DNA from: Octopus sinensis
Taxonomy: Eukaryota
Direction: 5' to 3'
Assembly: GCF_006345805.1 (NCBI RefSeq)
Contig: NC_043011.1
Span: 55,998,464 to 56,062,463, forward strand
Length of the DNA stretch: 64,000 nt
Shown here: one piece after another, positions 40,701 to 53,385 of the stretch
Position numbering within the stretch: the first letter of the stretch is position 1
Layout: each line of letters begins with the position of its first letter
Notes under the pieces: generated by a model
Databases searched by the model: none
What the model was told of the DNA's origin: nothing
Seen by the model: only the letters and a program-made list of their open reading frames with translations
Position numbers and translations under genes: made by a program

Positions 40701-42244
40701 TTTATACCTTATGATTAAAGCAAGAAATTAAATTTGGACTTGGTTGAATAAGAAAAATTATGAAAATTAAAAATTTGAAATATTATTTTTGATTTCTCAG
40801 TAATTAAATCAAATCTTTTGCTATACATGTTGTAATTAAATTGAAAGAAACTTTGAAAAATACCAAGTTTTAATTTAATTTTTGAAGCTGAACATGAAAT
40901 TCTTTATGTTAAACAAAAACTCTGAAGATATTGAATGATCATGTTGAGAAAACATATTTTGAATTGTTACCAACTGGTAACAATTTAAGGAAAGAAAAAT
41001 CCTCCTCCTCCTCCTCATTCAATGTCCTCCTTCCATGTTGGCAAGGGTTGGACAGTTTGACAAGAACTGGTCAGGTGGGAGCCTGTGCCATAAATAAGGA
41101 AAGAAAAATGGTAGAATGCCTTCCACGACTACAGGAGATGTGAGTTCAAGACCCATGGCCAGCCTTTGGCTTATTCTATCCAAAGAGATTTTCAACCCCA
41201 AATTTATATTCTATTATAGCGTTATATGATGTGCTTTGAGGGCCAATGTTCCAAAAACGAATTATTTCATGTTCTTTCAAAAGTTTATTAATTCTTATAA
41301 CTTTAAGGAAAATTAATCTCATATAAAGTAATAATTGTTTTTGTTTTTTTTTTACATATTTCAAGCCATAAATTTATAAGAAGCAAAGTTAATACATTGA
41401 CTCCTAGTATATTACTGGTATTTATTTTAATAATCCAAAGGAGATGAAAAACTGTCAACTCTTGTTGGATTTGAACCCATAATGATAAGGTAACTAAACA
41501 ATACAAGGTCCTTTGTCAACCCTTAAATTTATCCTTTTCATATTTTATAAAACAATAACCTCTTATCATAAGCACAAAGCTATAAATTATTGGGGTGGGG
41601 TGGTGGTGGGGCTATAGTCAGTTATGTAAACCACAGTAAATGACTGGTATTTTATTTTGTCAATCCCAGGAGGGTGAATGACAGAGATAACCTCAGTGAG
41701 ATTTGAACTCAAGACATCAAAAGATGCAACTAAATACTACAGGACATGTTCGTTGTGCTCCTAAATAATAACATTCTGTAAATATTAAACAAATTTGTTT
41801 TGAATTATATAAATAAAAAAAGAAAGAGTAAAATTGGTTTTATATCTTCTTTCTAATCGGTGAGTTGTTTTGTGTCTGCTTTGTATTCAAAAATCTATGA
41901 AAGGAACATCGACAAAAGGGCATCGGTGGTTCTTAGTTACCGTCTCACGGGGAATAACATTAATTTTGATGAAAAAGCAGTTAAATCTCTGTCAAACCAC
42001 ACTCTGGGGTGGGGGAGGAGAAAAGGGAGTTGAAATGGAGTAATATTAGTAAAAATGAAGAAACACAGAAAGTTTGGAAAAAAAGTCGTTAAAAGAATGA
42101 AGAGAAAATCAGAAGATTGTAAAACAGCATCACGAGGAGTCCAAGAAAGATTGGGCCTTGAATGTGTCAAACCCTTTGTTGTTTTTTTATCCATTCTCTT
42201 TTTCATCTTTTGATTTTTCAATCTCTCTCTCTCTCTCTCTCTCT

Positions 42245-42282
<38 letters not shown>

Positions 42283-44322
42283 TTAGAGATAAAACCACTA
42301 TTAGGCAAATCAAACAAAGAAAGACTTAAGCCAATACATAAAATTAATTAATTTATATTATTTTAAATATATATCAAAAGTATTAAAAGTTTAATTTTAT
42401 TAAACTTTTAATACTTTTGATATTTAAAATAATATAAATTAATTAATTTTATGTATTGGCTTAAGTCTTTCTTTGTTTGATTTGCCTAATAGTGGTTTTA
42501 TCTCTAATTTAATATAATATAATATTTTACTATAAAATTGGATTCAATCCTAAATCTGAGTTTTCCCTGTAATTTGGATTTATTCCCTAATATTTTATTA
42601 TTAATTTATATATATATATAATATATATATATATATATAACATATATATATAATATATAGTACAAAGTAAGATAGGGGTTATGAATGTAACCCACTATGG
42701 GATATCAGTTATCCAATATACTGTTGGTGAAGCACCCAAATACTAAATACATAAATATTTTTAATTGCAATGCAATTAATTCATTTATTGTATTAAATGG
42801 GTGAAGGTAAAGGAATATTTTTACCATAAATTCATAATACAAATAAGAAAATGGAGAAACAGATTCATCTCATTCATCAAGTTACGGATATTACAATTTT
42901 AAATTACTTATTAATTATACAAACGGGAACATCAAAATCAAACTCCCATTTGTATAATTAATAAATAATTTAAAATTGTAATATCTGTAAGTTGATGAAC
43001 GAGATGAATCTGTTTCTCCATTTTCTTATTTGTATTATATATATTATATATGTGTGTGTGTGTGTGTGTGTCCCTCCGTCTATCTCTGTAGTAGTAGAAT
43101 ACAGAAAAAGAGAAAGAGAGACATAGAGAGATAGTTAAGTAGATACAGGGAGAGGGTTCAGACATTGAACAGGCATTAATGGTTAAGTGTGAGTTGCCAA
43201 AGTGACTTGTTGAGATGAAGGCAGCTGAAGAAATCTTCTGAGAGACAAGCTATAATCTTTAATGAGTGTAGGCGTATTTAGTTCCAGTGCCAACAAGTAC
43301 TGTCGCCCAAACAGGTTCAATGTCTAGTCAGCTGTGCCAAAGTCTCAACCTCCAAATAGCTGCATCCAATCATTTCATTCTGATTCCAGAAAGTAATAAG
43401 AAGTGGCAGAGTTCAATCATTCCAATGAGAACAAAAACAAAACAAAAAAATTTAGATTTCTCCAGAGAAACTAAAGAAACATTCATTAATTATACAGTGT
43501 TCCCACAGCTTCTTTACCTTCACATAATATCTACAGCTGAACACTACCAGAACTAGAGAAGAAATTTCAGGTGTGGAAGCAAGGTCCGGAACCAAATGGC
43601 CATAGGGTTAATTTAGCAAATCCCTTCGGGGAGATGGCCCTGCTCGATATGTAGAAAAGGGGTTGGTAGAAATTTCATAAGGTGTACCCCGTGCAAGCTA
43701 TGGACACATAAGAGTTGCAACAGTATCAGAGGAAGGTTAACAGAGAAAGCAGCGTTTGTGTGCGGCTGATGTGAAGGTACATTAACACCAGGAAAGTACA
43801 AAAATTAGGAGGATACTTAAAAGTAGTAGATAGCTTCTGTTACTTAGGTAACCAAGTTAACAATGGAGAAGTTTCAATGATACAATTTTTTAATATTTAT
43901 ATGAAGACCTTTGTTAGAAATATCAATGGAAAACATTTTAATGTTTTATTTTGTTAGAACCATTTTTTGCACTTGTATGAAAAGAAATATTTCTTGCATA
44001 TTTGAATATTAAAATAATTTTGGAGCAGTTGCATATTTGCTAGAATAATAACAGGCTGAGGCTGGACAAAGTTCAGAGAGCTTCTACCTTTGTTGGTAAC
44101 AAAGAACCTCTCCCTCAGTGTGAAAAGCAGATTGTATGATGCCTATGCGCAAACAGCCATGCTACATGGCAGTGAAACATGGGCTGTGACTGCAGAGGAC
44201 ATGCGAATGCTTGAAAGAAATGAAACTAGAATGCTCTGCTGGATATGCAGTTGTCAGTGTGCATGTACGACAGAGAGTAAGTGTCTTGAGAGAAAAATTG
44301 GATAAAAGAGGCATCAGATGTT

Positions 44323-44356
<34 letters not shown>

Positions 44357-45429
44357 GTGCTAGTTTGGTTGTGTGTTGTGTATGGATGAGGACAGCTGTG
44401 TAAAGAAGTGCTTGATCTCTAACTGTGGAGGGGATGTTTGGAAGGGGTAAATCCAGGAAGACAGGGGATGAGGTGGTGAAATATGGTCTTCAGATGTTGA
44501 AGCCTCATGGAGGCAATGACAAGTGAGTGAGACTTGAGGTAATTTGCTGTGCTTGAGAAGACATGTCAAGCTAAGTGAATCATGGCCATTGCAAGTGCTG
44601 GTCTCCGGCTTACCAATTTTGGTCAAGCTGGTTAATCCATGCCAGCATGGAAAACAGACAATAAATGGTAGTGGTGGTGGTGGCGGTGGTGGCAGTGAAG
44701 AAGAAGAAGAAGAAGAAGAAGAAGAGAAGAAGAAGAGGAGGAGGAGGAGGAGGAGGAGGAGGAGAGAAGAGAAGAAGAAGAAGAAGGAGGAGGAGGAGGA
44801 GGAGAAGAAGAAGAAGAAGAAGAAGAAGGGAGGAGGATTGATCAGCAAGTGTTCAGTATCTTATTCTTGCTTGGCTCCTTAGTCAGCCATGATAAAACAG
44901 ATCTTTGACCAAAGAGTTCCAGTTGTGTCCATCCCACGTTATTGTGTGTTGGGGGCTACAATGACCGATATTTCTTCTTCTTCATTATTATTATTATTAT
45001 TATTTAAAATGAAAGGATTTGAGGGAAATTAGACTGCTATTTCTATTAAGTTGACACCTGCATAGAGGCTCCCTCATTGACTCAACACAGAGTCAATAGT
45101 GGAACCAACACTGTGTTAGAATGTGTGAATTGTAAGTCTTTTGGTAAGGAATCCAACACCCCTACCTCATGCCTGTTCCCTTCTGCTTCATTAAACAAGT
45201 AAATAAATGCTAAAGCTATCAATCACTAATTTCTTCATCTGATTCCTTTTTTTTTTTTTAGAATGCAAGAAATATTCAGACTTAAAGAAGCTCATGAAAT
45301 TGAACGAGAGGAACTGGTTTACCAAATTTCTAACTTGCAGAGTGAGTTGTCAGATGTTTCTGAAACCAGGAAGATACTCGAAGAGAGAATTGTTGAAACT
45401 GAAGAAAAAATTACTGAAGTAAGGTTTTT

Positions 45430-45461
<32 letters not shown>

Positions 45462-48400
45462 TATAGCTTTCTTTCTTTCTTCTTTTCACTCTATTCTGCA
45501 AGTTTTGTTCCTAAATTCTACCTTGGTGCTAAGTCGTCAATTAATTATAGAAATTCTTTGAATCATTGAAGCATAGCAGAATGGCCTCATATTGAGTTTA
45601 GCAACAGAAATATTGCAGCAGAATGTAAAGTTACAGAAATGAACTGATGACCCTACAGGTTAAGATTTCAAACTTGAGTGCAGCCAGTATACTGTGCCCC
45701 AGGCTAAGGACACTGTTCTGAAATTCTTTAATCTGCCTGGTTGATACAATGTTCTACTTCTACTTCATAAGTCTAAGCAGTCATGATAGAAAAGGTAGAT
45801 TTAGTTGTAGAAAGCATTAACTGCTCCAAAATTATTTTAATATTCAAATATGCCAGAAATATTTCTTTTCACACAAGTGCAAAAAAATGGTTCTAAAAAA
45901 AGTAAAACATTAAAATGTTTTCCATTGATATTTCTAACAAAGGTCTTTATATAAATATTAAAAAATTGTATCATTGAAACTTTACGATAGATTTAGGTCT
46001 TATTTTTTTATTTTACATGTTTGAGAAAAACAATATTAAACTGTAATAAATCTCTGAGTAACACCCACCCTTAGTGGTTAGCCATATTGAGATGGCTAGT
46101 ATACTTTAATATTAAACTGAACATTCAGCTATTTTAAGAACAGAAGTGCTGTCCTTCTAAAAACATTGATCTTTCATGATATAAATTGAGTTGATCTGTA
46201 TTGATCTCTCTTTACTCATTTCATGTCTTCAGAGATCAATAAAGATGGAGCTTCATGCTGTTTCCTTCCACTGGTTTATTTTGCTCATCACCTGCTCTCC
46301 GAAGCCTACCCTTGAGATACAGGGCCAGAAAGTAGAGAAACAGGTTCAAATACCTATTTCTTTACTACCCACAAGGGGCTAAACACAGAGAGGACAAACA
46401 AGGACTGTCAAAGGGATTAAGTCGATTATATCGACCCCAGTGCGTAACTGGTCCTTAATTTATCGACCGCGAAAGGATGAAAGGCAAAGTCGACCGCAGT
46501 GGAATTTGAACTCAGAACGTAGCGGCAGACGAAATACCGCTAAGCATTTTGACCGGCGTGCAAACGTTTCTGCCAGCTCGCCACCTTGAGCCAGCTTGCC
46601 GCCAAGTTCAAATACCATCAGGGGACACACAGCTAGTGCCCAGCCATCTTCAGAGTCCTGTGCACTTTTATCACAGGACATCTGCTATTTGACCCATAAC
46701 TGGGGCCCTTAACAACTTCTACCATTCTATGGCTAGAATGGTTCTGGGAGTAGTGGTTGACCTCAGGGTTACTCCATACTTCCCAAAACTCTTGGACTCT
46801 TAAGTTGGGGCTTCATTATCAGATCCAGTTTAATGACAATAAACTATCGAATATTCGGTAGGTTCACAATTCCAGATATTAAGAAATACAAAGGTGAATG
46901 TGTTTGTTTCTGTCAAAAGTTCTTCAATTAATTGCTATTCCATCATTGACCATTCCATTTTTATTGCAAGGAATCCCCTTATTTCTACTTCACATTCTTG
47001 GTTAAAAAAAGTCAAAGTGAGGTGACTAAATATCCTTCTAAACTTCTTAGTATTAATCTCTAAGTTACTGTTGTTCCAGAATTAATCCAACATGTATTCT
47101 TAATAATTCTTGAGGCATAACAAATGATAAGAATTTACGGGAAGAAAACAAAAGAAATTGAAATCTCGGATGAGATTTTAGGATTCTTTAAGTTTAAACA
47201 GTATTGTTTCATGTCAGCAGTTCTAATGTCTGGAAGTTGTTTTAGAATTATAGACATGTGAATAGATATGTATTTATGTATATGTGTATATATATATATA
47301 TATCCTTCCCATCCCCCCATCTTATCCCACATACCCCACCTCTACCCCCACCCTCTGCCTACCCACATACTCCAACTCTACCCCAACCTTCAGCCGAACC
47401 CACACCCTACCCGTATGTGTGTGTGTATGTGTGCGTATGTGTCCATTCCTCCCCCCCACCCGTTAATAGCTATTCCTGAATGTTGGTGATTTGGCCTTCT
47501 TGAGTTAATCAACGGTTAATGGTATTTTGTCTTTTTTTTTGTTTTGTTTCCATTTCAGCTAACGCATGACATTCAGGTGAAAATCTCTGAATCCCAGCGA
47601 GAAACACGTAAGAAGGACAAACTAGAAAGAGAAATGAAACTAACGAAGGAGGATTTGGAAACGGTAACGAATGAGCTGAAACGTATTCAATACCTGAAAG
47701 ATAAATACAAAGAAGAAATCACAGAGAAAGAGAACAGCCTGGAAGAAATGAAAGTAAGTGTCCCCTATTTTGGCCCTGAACTGACAAATGTCTTGTGAGG
47801 GACTTAGATAGACTGAAACTGGATGGAAGTAAATCATATGTATATATATATATCCATGTTGGATTACTGTGTGGTCTGATAGCCAGGTCCACTGAAGGAG
47901 CTTGCTGTGAGAGCCACATGCTTCTATGAACCCATATATTGCACTACAAATTTATATAAATATATAAATTGGCGTTAGGAAGGGCATCCTTGGCATTAGG
48001 AAGGGCATCCTTGGCGTTAGGAAGGGCATCCTTGACATTAGGAAGGGCATCCAGCTGTAGAAACACTGCCAGATCAGACTGGAGCCTGGTGCAGCCTCCT
48101 GGCTTCACAGACCCCAGTTGAACCGTCCAACCCATGCTAGCATGGAAAACGGACGTTAAACGATGGTGATGATGATAATGATGATTAATAAAAATATACA
48201 TATACTCATATTTTGAGTTCTATATTTCAAAAGTAAAGTTTGCGGCTTTGTTTATCCTCTGTGGTGTCAAAACATAGTTTATAAAAATGTATTCAAATCA
48301 AATGATAGAGTCTTTGACAATGATAAGAAAAAGTTTGAGGTTTTGTGTATCGTCGGTGATGAGTCAAACAATAGTTTACATAAAAATATTCGGATCAGGT

Positions 48401-49106
48401 AATAAATTTTTTTTTTTATAATGATAAGAAGATAAAAATTAGTTTACATGAATATGTCCTGATCAAATAATAGAGTTGCAATGGAAGAAGATACCCCAGG
48501 GTGAGCCATTTTAACAACGATAGAAGCTTTTGGCTGCTGAAAATCCTTTTAGACTGGGGTCACCAGTTTATAATGGCAGGAAGGTTTTTTACGATACTTT
48601 CGGGGTATCTTCTTCTTCTATTATAATTATTCTGTTGATTCAAGAAGCTGGAAATACGAAGAACGAAGTTCCCAGGCGGAGTAAATTCAATCCATTTATT
48701 TACACGTGCTTCATACAAGGGGTTTGCTTTCAATAACCATCTTCACAGCAGTGTGTAGTTGGCCTTCTCTCTCATACACGTGAAGTTCAATAACCTCTGG
48801 AGACAATGCATGTGGTATCACGGCAGGACAAAAGTCTGCTGTGTGCTCCTGGCTTCAAAGTCTTGCTCAGCATCAGTATGAGAAGAATGAGAGGGAAAAT
48901 GTTTTTGTCTTTTCCTTAAATAATGGTTGCAGGCGAGATCTTGCTGTTTGAAAATGGTGCTGGCTTCTTTGTGCCTTGCTACAGAGTCTTTGACAAGAAG
49001 ATAACGCATGTCTGATCAGAAACCATAATTGTTTGCAGTATCTTAAATTGAAAATAATATATATATATTACATAGTATATATCTATTACATGTGTATTAT
49101 ATATAT

Positions 49107-49172
<66 letters not shown>

Positions 49173-49207
49173 TATACATATATATATATTATACATATAT
49201 ATATATA

Positions 49208-49242
<35 letters not shown>

Positions 49243-49884
49243 CTTACATATACTATATAAATATAAGTATTATATTTTTTAAATGCCTACAACCTTAGTA
49301 TGTTGACATCTATAGGCAAAGAAAATTAGATTCACCTAAGACCATAGGCTGAAACAGCTGTAAGAAGTAATTTTTAGGATCTCATTAATTTATAATATGA
49401 CTTCAAAAATCTGTATTTGTATTATTATTATCTTATCTATTGTTTTATATAATATTTTTGTATGCTTTTGATGTTCCCATTTGTAAAATGAATAAATAAT
49501 CCAACGTTATAATATCTGTAAGTTGATGAAGAAACTAAATTTGTTTCTCCATTTTCTTATTTGTATTATATATATACTACATAATATATATGCAGTATAT
49601 ATTACACATGTATGCATTGTATGTATAATGTATGCTTTCAGGTTCACTTGGAAAGAAATGTTCGGGATAACAAAGTGCTTGAAACGAAGCTGCACAAGCT
49701 GGATTCTGACTTCAAGAATCAACTGGAAGTGGGCGAACAGCTGAACCAAGAACTTGTCTTTAAAAACCAGGAACTGAAGGTAAGAATTCACGGACTTTTC
49801 AATACGTTTTGGTTTTTAAACTGGACATGTTTTCCATACACAGGAGAGAGAGAGAGAGAGAGAGAGAGAAGATAGGGGAGAGGG

Positions 49885-49922
<38 letters not shown>

Positions 49923-52454
49923 CAGTGAATCTTGTATCTTCTCTATCTTTGCTTTCATTCAGTTTAACAATGTAAATTTATATCTTTCAAATGAGGATTA
50001 GCTTAATCCTCACTTAATTGTTGGGGTTTTTTTTTTGTTTAAAATAAAAAAAAAACTAAGGCTTCATTTTGAGAACAGCTGTTATAACTTTGAGGAGCAC
50101 TGCATCCTTCAAAACTTCCATGCTTCCTGAGATTTGCCAACACTACACCTGATATTCTCCCCTCCATACACACACAAGCATGTATCTGACTCATACACCG
50201 TTCACTTCCCAGACATTTGTACATTAATGCATATACTTTATACGCACTTTTGACAAGTTGTGGTGCACCTGAGCACTGTATACAATAATTTCATTATATA
50301 TTATATATATAGCAGTTGAGGGAACCCGTGGAAGAGGTAGACCCAGGAAAACCTGGGATGAGGTGATGAAGCACGACCTTCGAACTTTAGGCCTCACTGA
50401 GGAAATGACCAGCGACCGAGACCTTTGGAAATATGCTGTACGTGAGAAGACCAGGCAGGACAAGTGAGTCCAGCCCACTTATGCATGCCTTTCCTCCCTT
50501 GGACACAAAGACCTGTTGAGGCAAGCGAAGTCGATATAGAACCTCATCCGACGACAGGCACCTATGCCAACCCCCTTTGCTTGTGAAGACATGTTGGGGC
50601 AAGCGAAATCGAAATCGAAATCGAATTGAACCAGCCAGGATCCCTGGTCTGGTGGTACGTAAAAAGCACTATCTGACTTGTGGCCGATGCCAGCGCCGCC
50701 TCGACTGGCTTCTTTGCTGGTGGCACGTAAAATACACCAATCCGACCGTGGCCGTTGCCAGCCTCGCCTGGCACCTTGCAGGTGGCACGTAAAAAGCACC
50801 CACTACACTCACGGAGTGGTTGGCGTTAGGAAGGGCATCCAGCTGTAGAAACATTGCCAGATAAGACTGGAGCCTGGTGCAGCCTTCTGGCTTCCCAGAT
50901 CCCGGTCGAACCGTCCAACCCATGCTAGCATGGAGAATGGACGTTAAACGATGATGATGATAAAAAGTAATGATATAATGAACAACATGATTGAGTTGTC
51001 TGCTTGTCATCCATTAGTTCCAAGTTGTATCCTAGGTGCGGAGGACAGACAAAGACTACGGAGAAAATGCAGCTAGGATATTCTGTTGGCTGTGCAACGT
51101 CAGTGTGCATGTATGATGAAGAGCTTGTGCACTGAGAGAAAAATTAGGGAAAAGAGGAATCAGACGGGGTTGTGCCGAGAGAGAAGACTGCATTGGTTTG
51201 GTCCTGAAAGTATATAGAATACATGATGCTGGCTGAAGAGGGTTGCATAAAGGGCTGGTCCCTTGAAGTGGATGAATTTGTGTAAGATGGAGGTGCAGGG
51301 AGGCTTTACACAGTGTACTAATGCTTTTTATGTGGCACCCGTGGGGTCACCCTAAGTAGCTCGCATGACAAAAGATATCTCAGCTGAGAGAAGGAATGGA
51401 ACTGAGGGGAGGTGGGTGTGTGCCAGGTGAGAGGTTAGAGAATGATGGAGGGACAGAGATTGTCTTATTGCAGAGGAGATATTTGGCTACAACAGGAGAG
51501 CAAAGGGAGAGAGAGAGAGAGTTAGAGTTAGAGAGAGAGAGAGAGAGAGAGAGAGTAGAAGTTGTAGAGAGAGAGAGTTAGAGTTAGAGAGAGAGAGTTA
51601 GAGTTAGAGAGAGAGAGAGAGTTAGAGTTAGAGTTAGAGAGAGAGAGAGAAAGAGTTAGAGAGAGAGAGAGAAAGAGTTAGAGAGAGTTAGAGTTAGAGA
51701 GAGAGAGAGAGTAAGAGTTAGAGAGAGAGTTAGAGTTAGAGAGAGAGAGAGAGAGAGTTAGAGTTAGAGAGAGAGAGAGTTTGAGTTAGAGAGAGAGAGA
51801 GAGTTAGAGTTAGAGAGAGAGAGAGAGTAAGAGTTAGAGAGAGAGAGAGTTAGAGTTAGAGAGAGAGAGTAAGAGTTAGAGAGAGAGAGAGTTAGAGAGA
51901 GAGAGTAAGAGTTAGAGAGAGAGAGAGTTAGAGTTAGAGAGAGAGAGAGTTAGAGAGAGAGGTTAGAGAGAGAGAGAGTTAGTAGAGAGAGAGAGAGAGA
52001 GAGAGTTAGAGAAAGACAAAGAGAAAGAGAGAAATAGTTGGTGTTGGAGATGTACTAAGGCCTATCTAGAGGGAACTATGGTGGTGATGGGTAAAGTATA
52101 CAAAGGGGAAAAGAAGGGGATGTTCCATAAAAGTGTGAGGAGAGATGTTTAGAGGGGATGAAAGGAAAAAAAATCAAGAAAAGTACCTACGTAAAACCGT
52201 TTTGATTATTGTAATAAATAAATGAGAAACGGATGGAAAATATCTGAGTGAAAAAATTCCAGAAAATATTTGAATGAATGGAAAAATAAATAAATGAACT
52301 TAAAACATAAGCTTGCTTACCAACCACATGGTTCCGGGTTCAGTCCCACTGCATGGCATCTTGGGCAAGTGTCTTCTACTATAGCCCCGGGCCGACCAAT
52401 GCCTTGTGAGTGGATTTGGTAGACGGAAACTGAAAGAAGCCTGTCGTATATATG

Positions 52455-52485
<31 letters not shown>

Positions 52486-53344
52486 TTGTGTGTCTGTGTT
52501 TGTTCCCCTAGCATTGCTTGACAACCGATGCTGGTGTGTTTACGTCCCCGTTACTTAGCGGTTCGGCATAAGAGACCGATAGAATAAGCACTGGGCTTAC
52601 AAAAAGAATAAGTCCCGGGGTCAAGTTGCTCGACTAAAGGCGGTGCTCCAGCATGGCCGCAGTCAAATGACTGAAACAAGTAAATGAGTAAATGAGTAAA
52701 TGAAGGAGAAAATAAGATAATAGATGTAAAAAATCTCAGAGGAGATGGATAAGACATGGCTGTAATGAATGAGAGTGAGAAACTAGAGTGGTTGGGAGGG
52801 TGGGGTTAGGGTTAGAGTGCAGCCAGGCATGTGAGGGAGAGTGGAGGGGCCTGCAGTGCGTGGTGATCATGGGTAGTGAGATGGGGGGGGGGGGTATGTA
52901 CAAAAGATGGGTTGTAGGGGTGTTTAGACAGAGGAGAGATTGTGTGTGTTAGTGTGGGTCATGGTTGTAAAGGACATGCCTGTATGTATAGCAATGTTTT
53001 ACTTAGCTGTATGTGTGTGTGTGTTGTGTGTGCGTGCGCGTGTGTGTGTGTGTGTGTATGCCAGGTTTCTTTCAGTTTCCATCTACCGGAGCTACTGACA
53101 AGGTTTTGGTCAGCCCAGGGCTATAGTAGACGACAACTGCCAAAGTGCTACACTGTGGGATTGAACCTGGAACCGTGTGGTTGGAAAGCAAACTTCTCAG
53201 CCACACAACCGTGTCTGTGCCTACCGCCATACTTGTACCTACATTGTTATTATTATCATTATTATTATTATTATTATTACTATTATTATTATCATTATTA
53301 TTATTATTATTATTATCATTATTATATTATTACTATTATTATTA

Positions 53345-53385
<41 letters not shown>

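Noticed and set aside
47969-48052. CRISPR-like array
   Set aside because: The repeats are contiguous without spacers, derive from an RTE, and the context is eukaryotic.
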